Of a stretch of 64,000 bases of DNA, positions 37,361 to 50,229 are shown piece by piece. The position numbers were made by a program, and so were the translations under genes. The notes beneath the pieces are model-generated. The model worked only from the letters and a program-made list of their open reading frames with translations, was not told where the DNA came from and did not search any database. The stretch comes from Ylistrum balloti (taxonomy: Eukaryota), in NCBI RefSeq assembly GCF_031769215.1, contig NW_026782464.1, positions 124,001 through 188,000 of the forward strand, given 5' to 3'. How positions within the stretch are numbered: the first letter of the stretch is position 1; every line of letters starts with the position of its first letter.

Positions 37361-37791
37361 TGGTCTTATTCTTGTACTTTTTCAGGAGCCTCCGTTGAGT
37401 CTTCCTTTTATTCCTAGTTTTCCATGCGTTCATTGATTTTGTGTTGTATCTATGATTTCGTTAACAAATATGTATTTTTTTTATATTGTTTTGCTCCTTT
37501 CTTCACTGCGAAATTTCGTGACCTGAGCAATAGAGTTAATAAACAATGCGTGTATTATAAACAGATACAAATGGCATTTCTTATACCGAACGCAGTCAAT
37601 CAAAACATTTTCATAACAACAATGGAATATTTCTGTTTAGTGGTACGAGGGGCGTGTCAAATTTTATTTCTAAGAAAACAGCTTCCAAAACAATATCATG
37701 TCCATGATAATAAGGGCAAAGGGGAGGAGCTAGCTTTATCAGTACAAGTTTTCTCTGTGTGACAACGCATCAGTAATCAGATTACGACAAG

Positions 37792-40700
37792 ATGCTCACC
37801 AGTGTTGTTGTGTTCGTGGTGTCTGTGTGTGCTGGTTTAGTAATAGGTCTAACTACAACACGTACAGATGACCAGCATAACATTAAACATGAAGTTTATT
37901 ACAAGCATATGAAATTACCACTGAGTACTTTTGTCGGAGAAAAGGTAAGGTCACCGACGGATATCGATATAGACCTTAATCCGTGGTTCACCATCACCGT
38001 TCTGTTTCCTTATTATTTATCCTTTGACTAAATATTGCAACTTATTTAATCTTATTTAATATAGAGAAATTTAGACACGAGTATTGAAGAAATGCATGAT
38101 ATTGGTTCTGAATCTTCTGAATTTTTTTTTACAGAAAATTGAATATGGCTGTTCGGCTTTCCCGCTCAAAGCAGACGAATATATAAGTAAGTAATACTAG
38201 TATTCAATACGTTACTGTGACACATCCTTAATAGTTCACATATCTATATTGTTGTTGATTTTCTTGACCTCACGTTCGATGATCAATCACATAATTGATA
38301 TAGATATAGGGAGTTATTATGGTACATCGTCTACATCACCTGATTGGAATATTGCTACAAATCCTCCTTATGTACAAATAAGCCTTATACACAAGTCTCG
38401 TGAGAAAATATATCGTTCGTTTCGCTTTATTTCATTTCATGTTATTTCATGTGGCAACTTTATATAAAGCTTGCTTGCTTGGCTTAGTGGTAGAACTCGG
38501 CTTATTATGCCGGAGTTCTATGTCCGATTTCTGTCGGGGGACCCAGCAGAAGTGTGTATTTTCCCCTGTTTTTTTTTCCATTTTGTACAATAAAACAAAT
38601 CAAACAACTGTGACCAATGATTATATACACTTTTCTTTTTTTACCGATGTTGTTCTTTACGTTTCTGTCTTCCTCACCTATCTCTTGGTATGGTTATTTA
38701 CAGCTGAATATTTGCCAATCGGAAAACGTAACGATTTGTACCACATCACCGTGAGTGTGTGTGACACTCCCTACGATAAGTCGCCTATTTGGTAAGATGG
38801 AAAAAGTTACAATCATAGAAATAAAGATAAAATCACCAACACTGATATAATATATCCATGTTAAGGATGGTAGTGGTAGTATGCACATGTATGGCTAAAA
38901 TCAGATTCCTGTTTAACGAAAAGAAAATTAATTATACAATATTTATAGATATTAATGAGAATCGACGTAATAACGTTATTTATAACGTATTACAATGTTG
39001 TTTTATTTTATTCCTTGCTCGCGTTTTATATCTAAATGAAGGAAAGTCAGTGCTTTGATATTGCCTGTTTTACACTGTCAAATTTATGTTTTATCAGACC
39101 AGACACTTCTTTTTACATATATGTATTTACGCATTTGTTTGAAGTAGGACAGAACATGATATTAAATTCATCAATTGAAAAAACATTCTGAATAAAAGGT
39201 AAGACAAAGCTATGATTATATAGATAATTATAGACAGACAATTACAACAAACTAATTTTCAATGAATGTACCACACCCTTACTGTAGATAATTATGACAA
39301 TAAGATAAATAGAAGAAAATGAATTTAATGCATAACTGGTATATGTATTTTAGGGAATGCATCAACCCGAGTCATGTTTGTAAAAATTCGAAAAGAGAAT
39401 TCCTGTATTCCTGGACGAATGGTGCCCCGGGATGGACTTTACCTGAAGGTTAGTCTCTAATCAACTGAAAATCATATTGTAATCAGTCATTCGGTTTAGC
39501 CTCCACAGAAATCTTGAAGTCCTTGTCAACAGACTCTTAATTCTTACTCAAATTCGATTAAACTAGGGGATATGAAAGAGGATATGAATAAAAACAGATT
39601 TCCATGAAGGCTCTTGGAAACTAACAAAGGGATTCGGTAGGTAAGCGTCTGCTTCTGCATCGACGACACCCATCATGTAAATCCTAGTCACCCCAAGTAA
39701 GGGATCAATGCCATATTCCCAACTGAGAACAAGAGAACCATAGGGGCGTACCACTGTATATCAAACATTTTCAGCTCCATTTCTCAATAGCATTGTCTCC
39801 ACCCCAGTATGGTATATCTTCATCAGAAAACAATTGTTATTTGACTCTTTAATCTTTCATCTATTTATTTACATACATACTGAAGTCACATTGTATGTGT
39901 CCTCACAGGTACGGGCATATATACTGGTAATAGATCCAAATACGTAATAATGCAAGTCCACGGAAGAGACGACATCTCAGGTAGGTGCAGTCTTCGATCG
40001 TTTGATACAGCTTACTATGTGAGAGAGAGACAAGGAGATTTGTTATTCCTGCATCACTGTCAATAAAAAGTTAACGAACTTTAATCCTGATTGGAAATCT
40101 TACATATTTTTTAGGTGATTATCAAACTTGTATACGTCTCCGGATACACAGTAAAACAGTAACAGAGTATAGACCAAGCAATCTGTTATTCATATCATTA
40201 ACAGTTCAATATTCAATGAAAAAAAATTTGTTTGCAAATGAGCCATTGGTTTTGTTATTCGCAAGATGAATTATAATGACATATCAGTTTTCATATATTT
40301 CCTTCTACTGACGTATGTAGTGCATGTTTTTCCCCTGATATCAATTTACTAATATACGTTCATATCTGTTATGTTTGAGTTCCAAGTCTATATATCATTT
40401 TTATTCTCCCTGTCAGATGAACGTGTCAAAGACTTTGCACACATGCGTTTGAAAATCCAAACCACCAGGTATATATAAGAATCACTGTAATGCAAAAATC
40501 AACAGGTCAAAACAACTTTGAGAGGAATTCATAATAATTTCAATAGCCTAGATAAACTGTAAGTCTTTACGATATTTATCAAGTGTGAAAGATTACCTTT
40601 ATTGTTATTATTAATTATAATATTTATTAGGAACATTGACAAATGTATTGTCTTTTATATACCAGACCTCAAGTAGCAGCTGCTGTTAGCATGTACACCG

Positions 40701-43700
40701 GATACGGTTATATTCCTCCCCATGTAGATAGTAAGTATATGTAGGTAATGTTTGTATACCTATATTGGTGTCTTTTGTTATATATATCATCTCATGACGT
40801 TATAATCATTATGTCATTTTCTAATTATTTACTAAGGAGAATGCTTCGATTTTTTAAGTCAGTCAAAAGACGTCTTTGCTGTAGTCGATATATTATTTGA
40901 AAGAGTATAAATGTATTTAAAAAACTACACGTAGTTATATTTAGAATGAGAAATTAGGATGAGTTACTATTCTTGAGACTATAATGTTTTACTTGTAGAT
41001 TTCACAGTTGATACAGCATGTGTATGGAACAAGACGACACCTGTGCCCATCCTAGCTTACGGAATACATACACACACCAGGGGTCAGTACACAAATGCTG
41101 AGTGACCTTGTCATAATTGTCAAGCATGCATACATGATTTCATTACTTATATTAATACAGAAGATGATATCATTCTCAGACCACTTCAGTAAAGTTAATT
41201 CTGAATTGAGATCACCTGACATTTTGTCACATATCCATAACCCATCATATCTTTCTTTTGAACTTGTCATTGTATCTTTATTTCATTTTCTTTCTTCTCA
41301 TTTTTTAAAAAAAAATCTTGTTTTGTTTTTGTTTCTCGCATATCTTTTGATTTCATGAAAATTATTCTTGGCTATGGTTATAAATGTACTAGTGAGGTTC
41401 TACAAACATATTCAAATCGAAAAAAGGGCTCATTTTGATTTTATTGGATACAATGTAAACGACATCTATAATTGTGATCTCTTTTTTATTAGGTTTGGCG
41501 CTATCTGGTTACATTGTCCGAGATGGTCAGTGGATCGAGATTGGACGCGGTGACCCATTATATCCATTGGTGAGTAAAGTCACCTTTTCTCTTTCATAAC
41601 ACCAACTACAACTGTCAAAATAAATCATGCATGGTAGAATATTTAGGTTGATGAAAACCTATGATAAAAATCTCATCTGTAAACAACCTTCTTTCCAAAG
41701 ACTTAACCGATATTTAACATGGGTTAGTAAGATAACTCTTATACAATATGAATATTAAGTATCAAATTAAACACAGCAGGATTTCTTAGGTAATATCGTT
41801 TGAAATAGTAGGCACTTTCTAAGCATTGTTTTTCATTAGGAGATGGAAATCGTACTCAATGTCGTTTTCATTACAAAACGTACAAATCCTCTGGAGATAT
41901 CTCTTATTCATTAGTTGCATTAATTGATATATTCGTTTTGTTCCACTGTAAAGTAAACGACGAAAGGTCATGGAGTACGAGATACCTTCACTTCAGATTT
42001 TTGTGTTAGTCTTTATACTTGTTTATTCACGAATGTTTCTAAATAATATTTTAATTTTATGATACAATTGTGGTAACGCACAACGCAAAAGATAATACGC
42101 GCACATCGGGCTTATATCACGTGCATACCGTCCTCACATCGTCCGCACACATCCGCAATACAGTATCTAGCGCACAGCTGTGCGATAGGATCGCACATTT
42201 CGACTTGGTAAAATGTCTATTATACTGTATTGAAATTAAATGGAAAACTCACCAATTTATAACTAAATAGCGAACAAAAGCGTTTTCAAATTGATCAGTG
42301 ATTATCAAGGTCTTTTTTTAATTCGACAGTTATTCTATCGTATTGTTTCATTCCTCAGAGAATGGTGAGTGGTGTGCTGCGGATATATACGTGAAAGGTC
42401 CTGTTCCGTACCGGCTAGGTCTTCCATGTAGTGTACATGTTTTGTTTACAAAACGATATTTTTAATACAGATGCTTTCCTGACGGTATAAGATTTCAGAT
42501 GATCCGTTACAACTTGACACTGCTGATAGACCTTAGGTCTGCCTTCAAGCCACTCTTTCATTCATTCGAATGGTGGCACGGTTTACGAATTGCAAGGCAC
42601 TTATCAATTATGTGTCGTTTGTACAGTCTTCTTGTTCTTATTGGTATTGACAGCTAATTATTTATGAATATAATTAACCCGTTTTGTCGCTATTCCAGAC
42701 AATGTTTGACATCACAGATCGAAAGATGCGGATTCTGCCTGGAGATATTATCGTAAGTATTGGATGTTTATATTCAAAGCTGAAAAAATTATTGAATAAC
42801 CTAGTCTCATTTTTATCGTTTTAAAACTTATTAAATATCATTATTGCATTTGTTTCTTTTTATTTATTTTTCTCATTGATCTGTTTTATTAATTTACATG
42901 TTCGTTCGTTTATTTATTTATTCATTGATTCATCTAATAACTGTTTTATATGAGAAGCACATCTTTTGAGAGGACATGCATCAACTCAATTGTTCTTATT
43001 TTGATGAGTCGACAGCGACCACAATTACCGCGAATTACTTGACAGCAAATTAAATGTCTGAACATCATGGATATGCATTTGATATGTATGTTGTATAATG
43101 TTTATCAGTTATAGGTATTGTGCATTTCAGGCAACCAGATGCACATACCGGAATACTGACAACACACGAGTCTCCATGGGGTAAGCATACCATTAGGAAG
43201 AGTAAAATTAGAGTGAAAGATTGAAAATCGACGAACCGTAAAATGTTTACATGACACCGCTTAAATTTTACCTTATTCATGTTAATGTTCATGATGGTAT
43301 ATCAATAAGGCTGTAAATCAGAATTTGTACATTCATTGAGGACAACTATCTATAGAGAAATATCGTAAAGTTATGTATATGCCTGTTTTGAGCACATACT
43401 TTTCCTATTTGGTAAATGGTCGTTTCACGTGATATAAGACTGCTATAAATATATAGAATTAGTGTTGTTGCTTCCTTGATGATCAAGGTATATTCGTAGA
43501 TTACTTTTCGTAGTTTTGTGGTTGTAAACCTGATTTACATGGCAATGTCTTCGATAAAACAAAAGGCGCTTTCCCTTGTGAAACATCAAACCTTACTCTT
43601 ATTTTACCGTTCCAATTCCTCCGTTTAAATCTTCTCTTTGTCCATATCTTGTCCTCTCTTTTGTCTATTTGATTTTTTCAACACGTCGGTTGCTTTTGTA

Positions 43701-44176
43701 ATTTTGTATATAACTGTTGTATATTGGTGACGGACCAGTATGTGTTTTAGCTATATACTAATATCAGTTTATACATGACTACTATCATTTTGTAGAGGAC
43801 AAGTGTAAATATGTAGATGGGAAGAAAAGAATGTAGAGGACTAGCGTACATTTCTAATGGACTACAGAGAACCTTTCCAAGGGGCAAGTTTAGATACAGA
43901 AATGTCTTTGAAAATCCCCTGAAATATTACCATTATTTGTCTTTCGCTGTTCTTTAAAGGTTCACCCACGTCAGAGAGATGTGTAATTATTTCGTTTACT
44001 ACGGAGTAACTCCTGACAAAATTGCTTCGACCAAAGCCATCGCATGTGGCGGAAATGCACAGGGGACAGGCTGGGACCAACTGTTTGACAACATTCCAGC
44101 AGACGCTAGTGATCCTACTGGAGACACGGAACAATCCCGTTATGTCAAAAAGTATCATCTTACCAAAAATTACTGA
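37792..44176 (+). CDS. Phm: Monofunctional peptidylglycine alpha-hydroxylating monooxygenase (PHM)-like copper enzyme, 352 aa, 12 exons, signal peptide, no PAL domain
   Basis: Exons: 37792-37944, 38135-38186, 38704-38791, 39354-39448, 39909-39980, 40417-40468, 40666-40730, 40999-41082, 41493-41569, 42699-42752, 43131-43180, 43960-44176. All introns are GT-AG, phases are consistent, and the total is 1059 nt. Motifs are colinear with PAM/PHM: EYGC, LYHITVSVC, FLYSWTNGAPGWTLPEG, SKYVIMQVHG, AYGIHTH, SGYIVRDGQWIEIGR, PGDIIATRC, REMCNY and W..LFDNIP. Confidence 0.9.
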
Positions 44177-45446
44177 AGGGTTGTCCTTTGGTTTCTCCTG
44201 ATTATAGATGGTAGTCACCGATAAATGAAATTCAGAATTTCACAAATAATTATAAAAATAAATCCATTATCTTATTTCTGTGCTACCGATTTGTTTTTAC
44301 TAGTAAATATGTTTTAATTTAACGTGTATTGTGTAATTTAGTTCAAGTCTATAACTTCAGTGATGCGAACACGATTATCATCATTTTGACCTCATTGATC
44401 CTTGAACCCAATGCTCTCCGAAGACATACGTATCTAATGGATCTTAAGTATGCTTGAATTTGTAAAATATTCTGTTCACAATATATCACTTATTTTAATA
44501 AGTAACCTTTTATGTTTTAAGAACAAGCAAAACTTACGGTTTATTTAAATTGTAAACCTGCATACCGGAGAGAATATCTTTTTATTAAATGACTATAAGA
44601 TGAAAAAAAATGAAAACAAAACTGAAATATATCATTTGTCTATCAGATGAAACTAGGAAACAAAACAATTACTGAGTGTAATTAATAGTTTTTTTAAAGA
44701 CAAATCATAAATATATGCAATATGAAAAGAACAAAAATATAGAGACTTGTATACAAAAGAAATAAATGTAATATATAGCAAAAAATGATAATATGTATTA
44801 ACAATGATAATATTTACTAGCGACCGTTCGAGTAAACTTAAGTTCTGCAAGTACACATCTTAATATTTTATCCTAGCGTCATATCCATAATTTCACTGTT
44901 CAATTATTAAACATGTTTACATATGTATATGTCAAGGTATTGCTCTGCACAGCAGTAAAACGCACATGAGATTTCATAAACATTGTGGTAGATCCCTTAT
45001 TCTGTATAGCTTATCTTTTTTCTTACTACAGACGTACCGTTCTCTTTTTATTTGGTGTGATTTCAAGAAATGCCAAATTTGTTATAAGTAGAAATATGCA
45101 TGCTGTTGATAAAATGATTCCTTAGCTAAAAGGTTCCGACGGACGGACGGAAACAAAGTACCCCTGATTTACCGACAGGTGGCTATAGACTATCATCCAA
45201 ATGTTGTATTACATATTTAATAAATTAAATTTGTGGAAACTGCCGTGTTGAACTTAGGCATAAAACCAAGTAGACACAAGGACATTAAATGACCACGCCT
45301 TCTAAACATTCTTAAAAGATTACACATTAAAAATCAAATGTATAAGTATGCAACACAACAGATCCCATTAATATATACAACTATCTAGTTTGATAGTTTA
45401 AAGTTGATATATAACAAGGACATTGATCTTGACAAAATCGTTCGAG

Positions 45447-47024
45447 TTAATGTTCCTGCGAGTTAAACTTCCGAAATATTGCATAACATTCCAAAAACGT
45501 TGTAAATCTAAAGAACACAGAAAATGGTAAAAAAATTGAATATACTAAATTCAAAAGATATTGCGGAAAGTTACTGTGGTGCAATAGCTGTGTACGGGAA
45601 AATTCAGATATAAAGAAACTGTCCGTAAACCAGAAAATAAAGTTGTTTATCATTGTGAATATCAGAACTGATTCAAGTAAGTTTATGTTTGATCGGGGGT
45701 CAGTTTTCCTAAATCGGTTCGCATGTAACAGAAACACCACTTGAAGGTAGTCTTGGAATACGCTGAAGGCATTGGTGAACAGGATGATTTTGGTATTTTG
45801 ATCGTCGGTGACGTCAGCACCAATAGCGATGCTGATATGTGCTAAGAATAAACCAAACGCCGACAGCAAATACAAATATTCCCGAGACTTCAGGCCTTTC
45901 GGTGAACTATCAGGAGTACAGTAATGAGCCAAACAATAGAAACCAGCAAACGTTGCAAGCGCCATCATCACTTTCAATGTTAACTCATATACTTGCGCAA
46001 TATACAGTATGACGTTTCCATCCCCTATATCTAGAACGAGGACAATGTAACACACAACAAGTCCTAGCCCTGTTGTTATGCTCATTGCCAGTGAAAGTAT
46101 TTGTACTAATGTCCGCCTGCCTCTATTTGCCGGATGTTCGATGACATTGAATCCATGCAGAAGGGACGTCTGCTCCGATTCCTGTACGTCGTTTATTCCT
46201 ATATACGTTGGTGATTCATCTTGAGGATTCGCTTCTTGTTTCGGTGACCAAATCTCAAGAAGTATTGTACTGAACAGAAAAACATACTCAACGAAAGCTG
46301 GTCTTAGAAAGGGTAATGACTTTTCTAGAAGCAATGTCATTGTACTGTTGTTTCCTAAACAGGATATCAAGTCAATGTCATCTTCGACTTCTATCAAAAA
46401 TGATCTGGTGTTTTTCATTTGATAGACATACAAGATCACTGATAGATTACAAGTTAAAATCAAAAACATAGCGTAATTCACTAGTGAGCTCTGTTTCAGC
46501 TCGAACGGAGAAAAATAAGAGACGAAAACCATTTCTGAGAATAAAGCTAGGATCAATGTGATATTGAAAACTAATAAAATATTCCAATAAATTCCACCAG
46601 CGAAATTCACGGAACATTCAATCAGTTTTCCTATGAATAACGCACAAGATAATCCCGAGGACAGGCCGAAGATCCACATGAAAACCACCTGAAGTTTTCT
46701 GGTATTCCTGTCATTTCTAGCAGCGACAACTGATTGAAGGCCATATTTCCGTACTTTGTTTCCAATGATACAGAAGATGGATAATGCAGATATCATAATC
46801 ACTAATAGAAGACTAAGAACAAATCCCAATCGAAATTCCGCGTGTTTGGGTATACTTTTAGTGACAGTGAATCCAAAGACAAGTGAAACAAATATCATGA
46901 CAAGAACACGGGACGAGATTACACAGTCATAATACCAAGATCCATGCTGTCGCCTGCGGTATTGTGGACCAGCAAACGGTAGAATGATGGTTGATGTCAA
47001 CAGCTTGCCACACACCGATTCCAT
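45447..47024 (-). CDS. OTOP: Otopetrin-family proton channel, paralog B copy 1 (525 aa, single coding exon)
   Basis: Colinear with paralog A. Motifs FSEMVFV, LTCNLS, PAFVEYVFL, FQDYLQVVFL, INNFIFWFTDSF and PFSVFFRF. The acceptor ttttttgtag lies upstream of the ATG. Confidence 0.85.
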   Translation of the reverse strand: MESVCGKLLTSTIILPFAGPQYRRRQHGSWYYDCVISSRVLVMIFVSLVFGFTVTKSIPKHAEFRLGFVLSLLLVIMISALSIFCIIGNKVRKYGLQSVVAARNDRNTRKLQVVFMWIFGLSSGLSCALFIGKLIECSVNFAGGIYWNILLVFNITLILALFSEMVFVSYFSPFELKQSSLVNYAMFLILTCNLSVILYVYQMKNTRSFLIEVEDDIDLISCLGNNSTMTLLLEKSLPFLRPAFVEYVFLFSTILLEIWSPKQEANPQDESPTYIGINDVQESEQTSLLHGFNVIEHPANRGRRTLVQILSLAMSITTGLGLVVCYIVLVLDIGDGNVILYIAQVYELTLKVMMALATFAGFYCLAHYCTPDSSPKGLKSREYLYLLSAFGLFLAHISIAIGADVTDDQNTKIILFTNAFSVFQDYLQVVFLLHANRFRKTDPRSNINLLESVLIFTMINNFIFWFTDSFFISEFSRTQLLHHSNFPQYLLNLVYSIFLPFSVFFRFTTFLECYAIFRKFNSQEH

Positions 47025-47479
47025 GACGGAAAAGCAATATCTACAAAAAATATTAACTGCAGTTAAAATATTTGCATTGTCTGTCTGTTACGGAACTTTC
47101 CTTCTGGTTTATAATGCCAATAGAATAGAATTCTTACAATAGAATCAATACATTCCATTGTGACGTTCCGATGACAACACTATCAAAAGCGTATTAGTAC
47201 TGACGTATGAAGAGTCCGAAATGTCACAGAATGAACACGCTTTTGGGTTTACTATAATCCCATGTATACATAGTTAGAAATAATGTGACGAAATGGTAAA
47301 CAGATTATAGGAAAAACGTACACAAGAAGGTCTCTATTTGCTGTTGTCGATTCGGCTATACTTTATGTAACACGTGGTCATAGATGTGATTGTCTGTGAT
47401 CCTAATAGTGAACTCTACTGGTTAATTTCGTTAGAATATCTCAAAGTCAGTAGCAGACATTCTAATATCCTATTGGAGA

Positions 47480-48370
47480 AATTAGATCATCAAGTTAAGA
47501 AATGGTAACACTTTGCAAAATGTATTTCCACGTACCTATCAAAGAAGGCAAGAAATTCATTTCACTTAATGTATTGTCTCTTTTATCCAACACACTCACT
47601 GACAAAGCACCCGGTATCATTCGGAGTTGCTTAGAGCAAGATAGGTCATGGTTAAAGAACAACAATATCAATATCCAAAACATTATGGATTTACTAGAAC
47701 GTTTGCATTCTAATGCACTATCTATAAGCAACAGTATGGTACAGTCAATAGCCGCCCATAATTTCCAGAAAAAGAGGCTATATTCAGAGCCACGACTCCT
47801 AGTCTTTGCAAACGATATCTCCCTGACATTGGAAATAATCAAGAAAGGGTCACAAAAGATTTGACAGTGCATGTAAATACCGTAGATACCTACAAACACC
47901 ATCAAAGTAGCCTGTGAGGAAGAAATCAATGTCACTGTCCTTCATTGTCATCCTTCTAGTAAGGAAAGATGATGGTACTACTAGAACCTCAACTTCAGAT
48001 CGCACCACCCTCTTACACAATAAATCGGGCGTTGTACGCTCAACAAATGTGAAACTGATGTCATAGAGGAACAAGACTAGACGCAAGAACAAAATGACAA
48101 GCAATGAAACCTTGTGGCTACCCTAATTGGGCAGAATTTTGGGAATGTAAAGGAAAGACCGAAGGACGAAAAAGCAAGAAAAAACAAAACAAAAGGACAA
48201 ATAGTCATCCCTTATATCAACGGCCTGTCAGCAAACCATTCAGGGAATTTACCATGGCCACAGTATTGCAACAGCCACGAAACTTCTTAAGGATATATCC
48301 TTGTTCATCATAAGGATAAAATATCCAAAGAGGACGTCGCAGAATTTGTATAAAAAATCGGATGTAGGAA
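47480..48370 (+). mobile_element. Decayed Penelope-like retroelement (RT, thumb and start of GIY-YIG)
   Basis: Fragments in changing frames: KFISLNVLSLLSN...GIIRSCLEQD...IMDLLE, TIKVACEEE, LLVRKDDG, LNFRSHHPL, CGYPNW and HPLYQ. These match the PLE consensus SFDVxSLFTN / IKFTxExE / YLxFxSHHP / NGYPxW / IPY. Multiple stops and frameshifts are present. Confidence 0.75.
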
Positions 48371-48384
48371 CTACGCCACAACTG

Positions 48385-48740
48385 GCTAGTACAACAACGG
48401 AACAATCAGGCACACTACAGTTAACACGTTCAACGTCATAGCACACAACGGAACCACCAGGTACATTACAGTTTACACACCCAACTTCATAGCACATAAC
48501 GGAACCATCAGGCACACTACAACTAACATGCCCAACTTCATAGCATATAATGGAACCACCAGGAAGAGTACAGCTAACATGCCCAATTTCATATCACACT
48601 GAGGAACCACCAAGCACACTACTGCTAACACACACAACTTCATATCACACAACGGAACCACCAGGCACACTACAGCTAACACGCCCAACTTCATATCACA
48701 CAACGGAACCACAAGGCACATTACAGCTAACGCGTAACAC
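48385..48740. repeat. Tandem repeat, 51-bp unit, about 7 copies
   Basis: ACGGAACC anchor at 48448, 48499 and onward. It accounts for the repetitive short ORFs at 48249-48781. Confidence 0.9.
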
Positions 48741-49119
48741 AAGGAAATATGATATTTTCCAATTGTCCTGATGGTCACCATAAAACTTCTCTGTAACCTT
48801 CATGAACCGATATATATATTAAACTGAAATAATAGTCGTATCAATAGTATAGGAGACAAAGCAAGAACATATTTAGATATTTTTGCAATATACATCGAAA
48901 CACTTGGAGAATGACGACGTTTGAATGTAATTCAAACTCAAAATATATTGAAATGTGCTGTAGAAAGGCTAGTGTCTTCTGTTTCACCAGTAACACACGA
49001 CATATAATCTTAGTCAATCTAAGTAATGTCATATTGTAGAATGACAGTCATGAGCAAAGTCATATCTTACCTTTTAATCTCACGACGAAGATAAATATAT
49101 CCAAATTGATATTGTTGCA

Positions 49120-49909
49120 CAGAGCAGACCTTCAATATACCCTATAGCTGTGTAACACAGTAATGCTTCGATGCACAACTGTGGAAACCCAACGATAGTT
49201 ATTTTCATCCGCGTTCGTTTTGAATGACGGGGTATCAGTTATTGGTGTTACAGACAAAGAACATCCTATATTTACTTCCCGTTTAACGATGACGAAATGT
49301 CATATGATTTTCTTGTAAATATTTGAATAAAAACTCTTTACATAATAGAACATATATGCAGTTCAATGTTGACGGAGAAAATATTCCAATGATGATAAAT
49401 CATAATGAATATAGAATTATGTTTAAGGTCTGTTATTTTTGTTTCTTTAATAATTACAACAACATGTTTTGGAGGTGACACCACATCGAAAGTGTGTGTG
49501 TAAAGTATCCGTAATAATGAAAAGATAGTTACCAAATTATCTCTTGTTAACTGTGTACAGGTACTTTCCTTTATAGTTTGTCAAAAGAAACATTTCGGGG
49601 ATACAGAGAGTAGTTACAGCATCACAATGTATATAGCATTCGCTAGTAAACAGGGAAGTAGAGTTAATTTAAACTTGTTTAATTACAAAAAAACAAAATT
49701 ATAATTTCAGATGATGAAGATAGAGATAGATACATACAAACTTACCTATACTGATATATCAGGTGTGCATGGTATCGGACACTGTATAATTGAGTCTGTC
49801 AAAGGTGAGTTTGCTGCTGATGATTCTGTCATATATGAATGTGGTAACAATGAATATGTAGATGGCACGCTCAATTGAACGTCCTTCAGATAAATACTCC
49901 AACCAACAG
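49120..49909 (+). pseudogene. Remnant exons of an unidentified gene (repeated at +9470)
   Basis: AG..GT-bounded segments 49711-49804 (MMKIEIDTYKLTYTDISGVHGIGHCIIESVK, open) and 49862-49909 (phase 1-1, two stops). A broken exon-like tract lies at about 49120-49312. No family was recognised. Confidence 0.3.
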
Positions 49910-50229
49910 GTCTGTATATGTATACAAATCAAAGCATAGTTAATTCTGAATTGAGATCACCTGACATTTTGTCACATATTGATATCCCATCATATCTTTC
50001 TTTTGAACTTGTCATTGTATCTTTATTTCATTTTCTTTCTTCTCATTTTTTTTAACAATAATCTTGTTTTGTTTTTTGGTCTATCTTTTGATTTCATGAA
50101 AATTATTCTTGGTTATGGTTACATATGTACAAGTGGGGTTCTACAAACATATTCATATCGAAAAAATGCTCATTTTTATTTTATTGCATGCAATGTAATA
50201 TTTATAATTGTGATCTCTTTTGATATTAG

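Noticed and set aside
38751-38756. GTGAGT as the donor of PHM exon 3
   Set aside because: Using it would delete the conserved VSVC...W segment and break phase with exon 4. The donor at 38792 fits both.
39800-39835. CTGATGA as a hammerhead ribozyme core (also checked near 47190)
   Set aside because: No correctly placed GAAA or stems II/III could be built.
48249-48781. Cys/Val-rich repetitive ORFs (also 57719-58251)
   Set aside because: Products of the 51-bp repeat next to a decayed Penelope element. Several frames are open and there is no signal peptide or splice support.
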